From Eutreptiella sp. 'Long Island Sound 2002' (Eukaryota > Protista > Euglenida), in NCBI GenBank assembly GCA_964036045.1, contig OZ038379.1:40734001-40798000 (forward strand): a stretch of DNA of 64,000 bases, given 5' to 3'. Of the stretch, positions 1-11,299 are shown in pieces (the first letter of the stretch is position 1; every line of letters begins with the position of its first letter). Position numbers and translations under genes: made by a program. Below the pieces are notes generated by a model. It was not told the origin of the DNA, made no database searches, and worked only from the letters and a program-made list of their open reading frames with translations.

Positions 1-869
1 TGCTGCATGCGGTGAGGGGGTACCCTATGCAGCGATGTCATGAATCAGGAAAGTTTTGGGTGCATTACACAGAATTTGTGTTTCACAACACTGGTGCCCC
101 TTTGCAGCAAGGCAACCTATGCAGAGAGTTCATAGGAGAGGATCACAAGTAATGTCTCAACGTTGTAAAGTAGGGTATTCAGCCACCTTGGCCCGATCCC
201 ATCTGCATAATTTTACCTGCTCAGACAACACGGGTTTTCCTTCGCTGAAGCATCTATGCAAAGAGATCTTTGAACGGATCATAGGTACTGCCCGGATTTT
301 GTAAACCGGGGCACTCAACCATGTTGCCTGGAGCCCACGGGTAAAATTTCAAGTTTCGGTGGAACCAACGTCTCGAGATCGAGGAAGTGACTACATGCCG
401 GGAGCTGAAACAAGTGTTTCACTCCTACCCCCCTGCCCCCCTTTTCTTCTTCCTTTCACACCTATGCTTGACAATTTGCTCCACTAATTGCCTGCCTCTT
501 ACCCTAGTGTTTACAACCCCTGCCTAACAAGTGTGTTTGGGGGGCAGATGCAACCGTGTCAGTGGCCGAACTTGGTGACGCTCTCCAACGTGCTGTTGTT
601 GCAATGTATCCACGGTGCCCAACTATATGCACGGTAGATGAAACGTTGTCCGGAGTAAGAGGTGCCGTTGCTTCGGTCCGTGTGAATACCCAAGTGTGGC
701 TTGCGGAAATGCATTGAATCCCTCCAACATTTCATTGGGTACAAGTCAAAGTGGTTGGCGGAAAGTGCCAAGGGTTGGTCCCTTTCGAATGTATCCGACC
801 ACCTTACGCGAAGGTTCCGGCACCTTTGAAGCATTGGTTTGCCCCGATAACAGCACAAACGCCGTGCAT

Positions 870-1110
870 TTGTGCAAAGAGACCCAACACGAACCACCCA
901 TCCCCTACCCAAGCCCCATAACCCAGCCCATCGACTCCCTCCACATTGGAGCATGCCCCCGCCCAAAACTGAAAACCCAGCCCACCCCGTTCCCCTCCCT
1001 TGGAGCATGCTTCTGCCCCAATCACAGAACCTTGCCCATTTTGTTCCCCTCCCCTAGAGCACGGCCTTGCACAAGTTCCCCAACCTAGCCCATCCGCTTC
1101 CTCTCCGTTG
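870..1110. repeat. Degenerate ~60-bp tandem repeat (about 4 units)
   Basis: Recurrent blocks like CCCAGCCCACCCCGTTCCCCTCCCTTGGAGCATG / CCCATTTTGTTCCCCTCCCCCTAGAGCACGG. Confidence 0.4.
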
Positions 1111-2488
1111 CACGGTCTATCGGTCAAGTCAATTCCTAAGGATTTGCATCGCAAAGCCTCAAGGGGCGACAAACTGTGTGCAGTGTTCACCCACCACTTG
1201 CGTACAGGGGACAAGGCTTATTTGGATTGGGGTACGGTGCTCGCGGTGGAGGGCCCTGAGGGCATGATCAGGTGGCAGACTCATAAGAAACCCCGCTCTC
1301 ATTCCATTGCAGAAGTGTTACTCATTGAGGCAGCTGCATGGGCTGCTTTTCATAGCATTCCAAGTTCTGATAGTGCATCACAGGCCCGTTTGTATCCAGA
1401 CTCGGACCACGAAGCTACAACCCCAAAAACGTTCGTGCACTCAACTGCACAAATGAATTTTCAGCCAAGGACATCGCAAAGTCGTGAAGCCTTGTACATC
1501 AACATGAAACGTTTTGAAGTGCCCGGGGGGTAGACCGGTAACCTGCGCCACGACCAACACAAATATGATGATTTCTGTAAGGTCGTTGTAGATGACAGGC
1601 GCAAGATTCGCCTTTCACCTGCGAACTAGGCACACGCAGAGGCCTTTGAGAAAATGACGGGCCATAAGTTTTCCAGAGAGCACTGTGTCTTTCTGCAAGT
1701 GTGTGGTCAGTACATGGAAGAAGAATGGCAATGATCCCCACTTTTTGCCTGGCCACACAAGCAGTGGGTGGTGGCTGCTAAGTGGGGACCTGTTTTCAAA
1801 CGCAGAGTGATCCCGCCAGGTTGTTTCTGCTCATTTCTTCTGCAATGCAAAGTGCCACCCACCTTCCCTCTACATTGCTGCAGTGTGTGCCAGCCATAGT
1901 GATCAGATCCTAAGAACTTTGCATTCAACACATCCATTCCTGCATGATATGCTCGTTCTTTGCAACTTTTGTTGTCTCCAGTCAGTAGCAACACTCAGAT
2001 TCCTTGCTCAGACTTTGTTTAGAGGCATTATTCGGTGCACAAAGCAAAGTGGCGTTGCCTAGTAGAGGTTGTTTTCAAGCACTACTCAGTGGGTGCACGA
2101 TTTTGCCCATAATTCCATGCTCAAGTTTTGCTCTTTCCAAACATCTTCAGATGGCGGTCAACATGGACGGACCAAAGTGCACACACGGAGGGATGCTGGT
2201 TCTGTATTTGTTTGGCGTGTCCAGAAATCCACGGTATTTTAGCCTTTCTCCACAAAGAAGGCGTCTTGTGCATCATTTGCATAGTGGCATGTCCCGACGC
2301 CATCAAGTGGGTTATATCATCTTCACGTAATGTAGTGTGTGCTGCAACAGCACGTTCTGCAAATGGTCATTCATCTGCTCCGGTCTTGTTGGCATTGTTT
2401 ATCGTTCTTTGCTTTGTGCCTTGTTTCTCAGGGTTCGCTCGGAAATGTGGATGATTTGTCCAGCGGGGTGCCCCTGGGAACTGCATTT

Positions 2489-2811
2489 CTGCCACCCCTC
2501 CCCACCCCTGGCTTACCAAAATCTCACTTTTTACCCGGCCATCTAAAATAAGATTCTACCTTTTGGACGTTTTTAAACATGCGCATGACTGTTTTTTTAG
2601 ATTTTGCGTTTTGCTGGGATCTTATTTTTTAGGAGAGAATCTTTCTTTTCAGATGCGAAAATTTTTTTCCTAGATATTGTTGCTCATTTTTTAGCTTTTT
2701 TTGTTCATCTTGTTGACTCTTTCAACTGAAATTTTAACACTTTTCTTAAATTTTAGCGCATCTAAAAAAAACATTTGCAATCTAAAAAAAAAAGATTACC
2801 CCGGGGTGTAG
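2489..2811. mobile_element. Short AT-rich element ending in GGGGTGTAG|TAATATA, the same terminus as the TA-targeted family at 43.6-49 kb
   Basis: GGGGTGTAG at 2803-2811 is followed by TAATATACA. Left boundary is uncertain (CTGCCACCCCTCCCCA at ~2489 only resembles the family TIR). Confidence 0.35.
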
Positions 2812-4714
2812 TAATATACATATTACTATACTATTATGATTATACTATAACAAAAAGCATGAGGCAAGACGGGGTGAAAATGGTTGGAAATGGGTGAAAA
2901 TGTTTGGCATTTCAAATGTGCCACATCCTCAATGCACAATAAAGGTAAAAAAACAACAAAATTGTGAAAAGGAGCCAAACCTAGGGTCAAACAGGTGCCA
3001 GCATACAAAACTTTGCAATATGTGGGCACTGCTTGAACACCAGTCCCTTTCCCTGGCAGTGAGCAATCTGCGTCATTGGATCTGCAGAGCCACCCCCCCC
3101 AACCGTGGGCTTTGTGGGCTTTGTGTTTGCTGCTGTTCAAAACTTGGCCTCCAAATAAGCACCTTCCTCCTTCACACCCACACGGAGCCCACAACCACAC
3201 AGAGCGAACATGAAATGTACATCCATGGACGAGAAATGCAGAATTGCTGTTGTGTGCACTGGGGCAAAATCCTCCACGTATCCTATACCAGAAAATGAGG
3301 AATATGAACATAACATTTGGCAGGATGCAATGGCAACCAAATGGAAGGACGGCAACCTCAGGGTGAGGAAAACACACCCAACTGCCTGTTCCCTGCCTGT
3401 GAGCAGGTCTGTGTTTCCTGCACGGCGTCTCTCTTGATCTACCTGTGACTGTGCCCAAGATGCACTGCAAACGGCAAGACGTGCAAAGACCACATGTGCA
3501 CAACACTTGACCACGTGTGATCAACTTCAGTAACGCTAGGTGAATAAGAAATGCCGGAAACACTCCTTACAAAAAATGGGGACATCTGAACAATCTATCT
3601 GTGGGACGAAACAATGTCCGTTTTCTTCTGGATGCGGATACAATCTAGTTGCCCTGATACTCAATCGGGTTACCTAAACCAGCCTGCCAGCCTTGCTTGT
3701 CCCTAATCTGCACCTCTGCCAAACGAAATGGGTGACATTCTGGACCCAGTGCACAACGGGTGCGAATGTGTGGCGCCTATGATGACGTCCAAAATGCTTG
3801 TGTTGCATAGAAATGCCAAAATGCCACAAGCACTTATGGTCCAAGTCAAAACAGTTTAGTTTGTTGTTTTAGAAGCCCCGACAGCATGGCATGGTAGGTC
3901 GCGTGGTGCACTTTAGTTGTAAGTAGAGAGGTTATCAAATTTAGAGTGAGCCAGCATGGGCCTGTGGGGATCAGGCTCTTGGAATAAGCCACACGTCTGT
4001 GGTTTGCCATGCATGCTGCTGTCTGACCTACCCATGCCCTGAGCCCCTCCCGGTGATGATCTCTGCTGAGTCAGAACCTCAGCCCATTGTGAGGTCAGGT
4101 GACTTCAGTGGAAGCATGCTCATGGCACAGAAAGAGAGTGCTGTGTGGTGAGGCAGAGGGGCCGGCAGGGAGGAAGCACCTGGACTTCTGGGTCACGGGC
4201 GTTTAAAGGCTGGTTGCGTTGTGTTTGATGTGAGGACTAGGCAGTCTGCGGGTGCGCTGGATGCATGTATTGCCGTGTGTGTGTGCATCCCCTTTGTTGT
4301 GAGCCTGTCTTGGGTTCTGCTTGTATTCGCATACTTCCCGGGAGTCCCCTCAAAAAGGGAGGGCACCATAACCGAGGAAAAAACGAACGAAATTGCGTGC
4401 ACAGTGTCTGATGTTGAGGGGTACAGGCAATGTGCACGTAATGTCGAATTTCACAGCACCCTCGCTGAAAAAAAAAATCGCCCCCAAAACGAAATATGGC
4501 CCAAAGCGCATCACTTCTCCATTCACTACATCCATCCAAACGAGGGGTGAAAAACGAACCAGCATACCAATTCAAGGTAAAAAGGCAGGGTGGAGACTGA
4601 TGTTTGCCGAGTGCAGCACACTGTAACGCTTTACCTCCAACACAGTCAGGTTTCACTGAAGGGGGAAACAAATTCCAAAACCCTGAAGCCCGTAAAACAA
4701 TAAGCAGGTTTCAC

Positions 4715-4856
4715 CACCAATCACCCAGTGTTTGTCACTTCAGACCTAAAAGTAGAGCCTAAAAATGTCAATTTATTGAATGGTCAGCACCAATCACCCA
4801 GTGTTTGTTGCTTCAGACTTAAAAATAGAGCCTAAAACTGTCAATTTGTTGGATGG
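4715..4856. repeat. Tandem duplication, 73-bp period, 2 copies
   Basis: CACCAATCACCCAGTGTTTGT..CTTCAGAC.TAAAA.TAGAGCCTAAAA.TGTCAATTT starts at 4715 and 4788. Confidence 0.85.
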
Positions 4857-5035
4857 GGAATGCAACCGTTCCAAGACAAAAAACGACTTCACCGGTTTTG
4901 ACAGCCAACGACCCTTGCCATTTACGGCGGAAGCATTGTAAATTTTTTACAGCGGAAGCAGACCAAGGGAGTATGGTCACACACAGGCCGTAACATAAGA
5001 TGCAAAAAGGTTGTTCAACATTTTGGGGGTGTCCT

Positions 5036-5082
5036 GGACGCGGGGGGGGACGCGGGGGAGGGACGCGGGGGGGACGCGGGGA
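5036..5082. repeat. GC-rich minisatellite (GGACGCGGGG(G)n) x4
   Basis: Direct reading of the sequence. Confidence 0.8.
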
Positions 5083-6808
5083 GGACATGAAATTGGCCGT
5101 TTTCAAAAGACATAGATATGTAACCTTTTGGGGGGTTTGGCAAAAAACATGCCCTCCCAGGCTCTCCCATCCTTCAACACCACACAAAACAGCACATGGT
5201 GGCCCTTTGGATCGCAACCATCCACAATCCTATGTCACAACATCTCCGGTAAGCAGTGCAGGCATGTATGCAAGCATGTGGAAGGGTGGGGCTCTCAACA
5301 TGCACTCATTGTACACCATGCCACAACGTACAATACATGGGAACATGAATGTGTCAGTGAGTTAGGTCATCATTTTTTTTTTAACTCGTGACCGAAGTTC
5401 CACCAAGTGTCCATTGAGTGTACACATAGCAGGTCATGGGTCAGTGACAGGGCCAGCTTTGGTTATGGGTTTGGTATGACCTACCCTCACCAAGACAGCT
5501 GCGGCGGGGTGGCGGGAGGAACGAGTCCTGCGCCTTGCCCCACCCCGTCGCCCCGTTTGCACGGGTGTGCGCGTCCTCCCGGACCTCTCAGGGGTGTTAC
5601 AATCCAGTCAAGACAATGACATCGCCCATGTCCTCGAGCGGGATCTCCATATCCTGGAGATCACTGGGAACCTCTAGCGCCTATGTCCTCCGTTTCTTGT
5701 GCGTCTCAGGTGGGTTCTCGTCCCGCAAGCGCTTCATGCGCTATGCAGTGGCCCCTCGGATGTCCCATCGGGGGTCCGACAAAGTTGTCCGCCATAAGGC
5801 CGTAAGGGTCACTGCGTGCACTTGAGACATATGACGCCGTGCGGACGCTTCGTCCGCTTGGATGCTGGTGGACAGCAAAACATGAGCCTGCTCCCAACAC
5901 GAGGATGCCGCGGCAAGCTTGCACAACGCTGTGGACCGCGCCTCGGGGAGGACAGCCGTGTGCCACTAGCGGAAGCGGGGAGTCCGCCATCTAGGACAAT
6001 TGGTAAATTGCCTGTTGCGCCTCTACGTACCATCGCGCCGTGTGTTCCTTATAGAGGAAATACGCTTGCCGGCACAAGTGTTCGTGGTGGTGTGCCAAGA
6101 AGAGGGACTTCTGCGCGATGGCTTGTCGGGCGAGTGCCTGCGCCACCTCTTCCAGACAGAGCCGCGCGGCGCGTGTTTGGGCGTGTAGCATGGCCCGCCT
6201 TGCCTGCTCCAAGAAAGGTCCGGCATGGATTTCACGAGACTCACGCGGCGGTGAGGCCGGAGTCTGTGCCGGTGGCGGCGACGGCTCTCTGGGCCATTTG
6301 TGCGGCTGTGCTACATGGTGCCGGGCCATGGCCTCCAAGACCCATGTGCGCGCAGCGGTGGTGACAGCTTGTGCCAATTGCCACCGAAGTTCCTCCACCA
6401 TGGGCGCAGTATCTGTGAAACGTGGCTCTGATCGCGGCGGGATCGACAGAACACCTCTCACGTGGTTCCAGATGTTGCGGGCCGTAGGTTTAGCTACTTG
6501 CGGCGGGGCCCCGGCAACAGGTGGGACCATGTGCGTGGGCCGCTTATTGCTGACGAAAGATGGGGCTTGCTGCAGTTAGTCAACGACCCACGCCTGCAAT
6601 CGGCGGAATACATGGAAGTGCCATGTGGCAACTACTACCCTCCAGTGCGCCTGGACTGGAAGGAAGGATCGTTGAAGGGAGTGCGGGAACTGCAAGCGGG
6701 TGCACATGCGCAGTTCGTCGGTGGACGCCGTTTGGTGCCACTTGATTGCCTCCGGTTTCCATGCCTCCATGCGTCGGTCCAAATGTCCCAAAACCGGGAC
6801 TCGGAGGG

Positions 6809-6865
6809 GCATGACAAGAGGCACTCATGCACTGCGAGGCCATGGCACTGCCCACATTGTGGGCA
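6809..6865 (-). other. LINE-A C-terminal zinc knuckle
   Basis: CPQCGQCHGLAVHECLLSC, downstream of RNase H. Confidence 0.65.
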
Positions 6866-7120
6866 CAGCACCGGCCCGGTTTTCTCGGGTGCCCCATACC
6901 CGGGCCATCGTAGTGTCCCCCACAGCCATGGACCCCACTTATCCCGGTTGACCGCGCGCAAAGGCAGCCATGACGTCCAATGCGCCTCGGGTAGCAGCTT
7001 CTGGGGGCGTGATTTGATGATCCACTTACGGGCAAGGGATGGCATCACATGGCTGTTCAAGAGGATATCCGCGGTTGATGTGCTGCCCAGACCACGGCAA
7101 GGGTGCATAGTACTGCCTGC

Positions 7121-7470
7121 TTAGGCTGCGAGGTCGGCCGATTCGTTGCCAATCCTGTCTTGATAATCTTGCCAGCTATGCGCCTTTTTGGGGTCCCGAT
7201 GCCCGCGTGCCTAACGTACTTGGAGTGCCTTGGTGGAGATACGCTGGTACGCTGCGTCGTGCAAGTCATAGTCGGAAGATGGTGGGCTGGGTGGCTTGGA
7301 GACGCATCGGGCCGCAGCCCGGTTGTCAAGCACGATAGAGTCCCCCGGTTGGGCTAGGCACGCCGCGATCCATACGCCGTACATTTCAGCCCGAAAAATT
7401 GTCTGCGGGCCCAGTACTCTCGCCTGGATGCGCATAGGTCCGTTGACAAGCTGCCGTCACTGTACCACGT
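7121..7470 (-). pseudogene. LINE-A RNase H domain
   Basis: WYSDGS (7451-7467), QTIFRAEMYG, IVLDN, R*ARGH...IGNESADLAA: the D-E-D-H-D RNase H pattern. Confidence 0.85.
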
Positions 7471-7959
7471 CGACCCAGTAGGTTGCCCTTGCTGGTGCCA
7501 AGCACGGCCTGATTGCACAACGTTGGGTTGCACGGGACTAGTGCCGGTCTTGGGACGCAGGGATTGGAGGTACTGGTGGGGTACAAGCGACTCAAACCTA
7601 CAATCATCGGAGTCGTCATCATCGAAGAGTGACTCGAGGCCATCGCGGGCCCGTTTGGGTGCCTTTCAACCCGCGGATTGGTCGGCGCGACGGAGGCACC
7701 CCATTTCCATACCAAAGGACGGCAAGATTTTGCGGTACTTCTGATGACCTGAGTTGGTACGCTTCGTCATAGGCCTGTGTGGAACTCGCAAGACCCGTTG
7801 GACTAGCTGGACAAGGGCGCATAAACCAGCCCAGGATGCGTTGTGGAGGCCCAGTCCCCCTTCCGTGACGTCCGTGTAGATGCGGTACTGCACGTACGTT
7901 TTCACGCGGGGAGCCTGCAGGACAAAATCTACGAAGGCGGTCTTCATGCAATTGGCCCA

Positions 7960-8902
7960 ACACACATCCTACATAAAGAGACTCTTATACACCCACCTAG
8001 GGATGAGTACCGAATTGACGATTTGTGCCCGCTCAGAGCTTGTCAACGGAAGGATGGTGTATGCGGCTACCTGAGCTTGTAAGGCGGCGAAGAGCGTATC
8101 CCTGGCCTTACCCCTATACCTAACACTAGCAATGGTGTAGCCCAAGTAAGTGAACATGGGATCCTTGAATTCCAGGCGATGCTGTCCCCACCAGATGTCC
8201 AGATGTGCTTTGCCTGCTGGGCACCCCCTAAGGTAGCGCCCGAGGACTCTGGTTTGTGGAAGTGATACATTTCCGTCTTGTTAGGATTGAACCAGATCCC
8301 AACTTGGGACCCCCAAGCGGAGAGGTCGGTGAGGAGTCGTTCCAATTCAGAGTAATCTTTGACAATGATGGCAATATCATCAACATAAACGAATGTGTCC
8401 GGGTACTTGGCGATCAAACGCTTGATCAACAACTCATATTCAATAGCGAACAGGAACGGGGAGCAAAGGCATCCTTCTATGACGCCCCGCGTGGGTTTGA
8501 AACAAATTTGTTCTCATTGTATGTCCGTGTATGTGTCCGTATGTGCATAGATCGTGCGGAAAGCGGCCACATAGTTTGGCGGGAGCCCTGCATGGTTCAA
8601 ATGGAGAATATGACCTCATGGATTGTGGACGGGAACGCTTTGGCAACATCCAACAAAACAACAAAGGGCTCCCGGCCCTCCATTTTGTGCCTGTGGAGGG
8701 AATTGACTAAGTTTGCAGCTTGCTCAGTTGCGGTGTGCAAAGGCCTTGACCCATACTGCTCGGGGCTAGCAACGCAGTCCACGAGGCGCTGCAAACGGGG
8801 TCTATACAACTTCATGAGAACACGATATATGCGGTCGGTCACAGCAATGGGTCGATAATTCTCCGGGCGGTCAGCATCCCCTTTCTTGTACATCAACACC
8901 AC
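7960..8902 (-). pseudogene. LINE-A reverse transcriptase domain
   Basis: KKGDADRPENYRPIAV, EQYGSRP, LLDVAKAFPS, RGVIEGCLCSPFLF, FVYVDD, NPNKT, FTYLGY. Confidence 0.95.
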
Positions 8903-9109
8903 CTCAGACCGCAGCCAATGCTGCGGAGATATGAGGCCCCTGATACAACATGTGTAGCGTATCGTCTAGCAGCATACCCAACAAGCGGTGCGGAACCCCC
9001 TCGGGGTCCACGGCTTTCTTGCGCGTGCCCATACACGCCCGTTTGAACTCGTCGAAGCTTGGCTGGTCATGAGTCATGTGCCCCTGTTGACCCGCTTGTA
9101 TTGAACCAT

Positions 9110-9640
9110 TGCGGTACCGTTCATGCAGCCGGTCGCACAGATGGCGGGTCAGAAGGTGATTGTGCCAAAACCTACTTGGGGTGTTGCTCCAAATGGAGTC
9201 GTTGAAGTCGCCCATGAGTATATCCCATTGATGTGTCTCAGCGAAGGCATCTTGCCTCTTCTTGGTGGCCACAGTCTGGAGTCCATAGTAGTTGAGGACC
9301 CGTAGTCGTGCCTTGTTGGGAAACTGCAAGGTAAGGCCTAGAAAGGTCCCATCTGGGTCTGTAAAAAGCGAGGCACTTTGATTGCCGTCCTTGACCACAA
9401 AGTGGGCCACTGTGTTGCGGACCAGGAAGGCCACCCCATTGGTGGTCCTAGACGGGTGTGGGTGATAGTAGATCCGCCACTCGGGGAAGGTTAATGTTGT
9501 TGCCGCCTCTATTTTGGGGAAGGTGGGCTTAACTCCGTAAGCCGACAATGTCGAGGCGCATATCGGACAAGAGTTGAACGACGGTGACCCATCGGTCCAA
9601 ATCAACCGTGGGGCCCCCAATATTGAAGGATGCCCACCGG
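9110..9640 (-). pseudogene. LINE-A apurinic-like (APE/EEP) endonuclease domain
   Basis: WASFNIGG, NGVAFLV, RVLNYYG, DILMGDFND motifs; frameshift between ORFs 9529-10095 and 8904-9677. Confidence 0.88.
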
Positions 9641-9732
9641 AGGCCATCGCCACTTGGCTGCGTGCAAACGGTAGCAAACTTGACGAGTCCCTTGGTCAGT
9701 GCGGTATACACTGCTGCCCAATGACCACTCGA

Positions 9733-9790
9733 GGGCCCCAGGTTGAGCTCGATGTCTCCCCCAAACAACATCAGAAGGGCTTCCCACAGT
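9733..9790 (-). other. 2A/StopGo-like peptide (ALLMLFGGDIELNLGP) upstream of the LINE-A APE domain
   Basis: Matches LLxxxGD(V/I)ExNPGP except for CTG (Leu) at the first Pro codon (9739-9741); in frame with the APE start motif SFNIGG. Confidence 0.75.
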
Positions 9791-11299
9791 TTGTAGGGGC
9801 CCAGGTGCCCCCGAAGATACGTCTTATGGAGAAGCCAACTGAAATGCCGCGCCCTGTCCCAGACCCGGTAAATGAGCGCCCCACGATGTTCCCACCTCAT
9901 GCCATGGGCCCACCACGTGCGCCGGGACGAACGGCGCCTCACCCGTGATGGTCCCGTGTGCCATCTGATCCCTCGTCCTGCGCCCACTACAACGAGTTCA
10001 TGTATATTGAGGAGGAGTGGATGCCGCATGACGTGGCGAACGCAACCCTCCAAGCAAACGAGGAGGCATAGGACCCACAGGTAGAATCCCAGCATGCCCC
10101 CAGACTAGGGTCACTTGCGTGCTGGTTTGGGAACACCCCGCTGTGCGGGTGTGCTTTACAGGTGGTTTGTGTGCCGGGGCAACCGCCCGTGGCTTGGTGG
10201 CACTGGCCTTGACCTTAAGGTCGCTGGTGGTGGAGGTCGTAGGTCGGAGTGTATCTGTGCGCAGGCGGGCGTCCTGGGCTTCCGTTTTGGCACGCTTCGG
10301 CTAGAGGAGAGGGTCCTCTTTTTCCCATTGCATCATTTTCTCTTGCACGTCCATGGCGGTTTCGTGGAGACGCTTTGTCTTGAGGTGCTCTTCATGCAAT
10401 TTTGCCATGGCCTCCTTGGCCCCAAGAAACTTCGCCGCGGACTGGAGGCGGTGTGGAAGGCAGGCCTAAGAGGAGTCCACGATCACATCCAACAACATGG
10501 AATCAATGCAGTCCCGGATTAGAGCGGCGCTCTTGCAGCGTCAGAAGCAAGCCAACATTCGCCAGTCCATCAATCATGACAAGGCAAGCCTCTGTCGGAT
10601 GATCCAGGCAACAGCAAGTTTGCCACAGGGGTCCAGACGTCCTGTAGACTCCCTTGTCCAGTCGGTTGACACGCTTAGGGAGTGGGGGCAGCAGGCGGCC
10701 GAGCGAAACTGGGCCGATTACCATCGGCAACATCCCCACCCAGCCCCGATCACGACCAAGGCGCCAAGCGCGCCATCCGTCACGCGCAACACTACGCAAG
10801 CGCGGGCAGCAGCAACGGGCCTGCGGCCACTTCCTACGAGGGCGCGCCGCTGCGCCACACCGTCAGTGCGATCCGCAAAGCCATGCCCGCGACCTCCGCT
10901 GAGCGCCTCTCCGACGGGAGACAGCGGCACGGCCGCCTATGTTAGCGCCCCGTGACAACCCGGGCTTGGGGGGGAGGGGGGGAGGAGACACCAGAGACGC
11001 TGGAGACACCGGGAACGCTTGTGTGCCGTACGGTTGGTGCGCCCCAGCAAACCTGGAAACGGGCTGCACAAAGGCACCTTTTGTGCACAAACTTGCCCAC
11101 AAAACAGGCTACACGGCTCAAGATCACACACCACTGCCCCCCCCCCCCCCCCGGGATGCACGGTGTTCGACCAACATTGGCGCGCAGGCTCTTGCACATG
11201 TCCTTGAACTGCGCTTTGTACCCACCCACTTGGGTGTTACAGTTTGCCCGCTATTTACCCACCCCCCCCCAACAAAATAGGGTTAACTCGTGTCCCACT

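Larger units (their letters stand above)
5410..10480 (-). mobile_element. LINE-A: decayed APE-type non-LTR retrotransposon (2A-like peptide, APE, RT, RNase H, Zn knuckle)
   Basis: Co-linear domain motifs on the minus strand with stops and frameshifts. Both ends are approximate; the 5' UTR may extend to ~11290. Confidence 0.92.

Noticed and set aside
4177-5409. Possible MITE with CAC...GTG ends (ACTTC..GGTCACG inverted match)
   Set aside because: The inverted match needs several gaps and no TSD is present.
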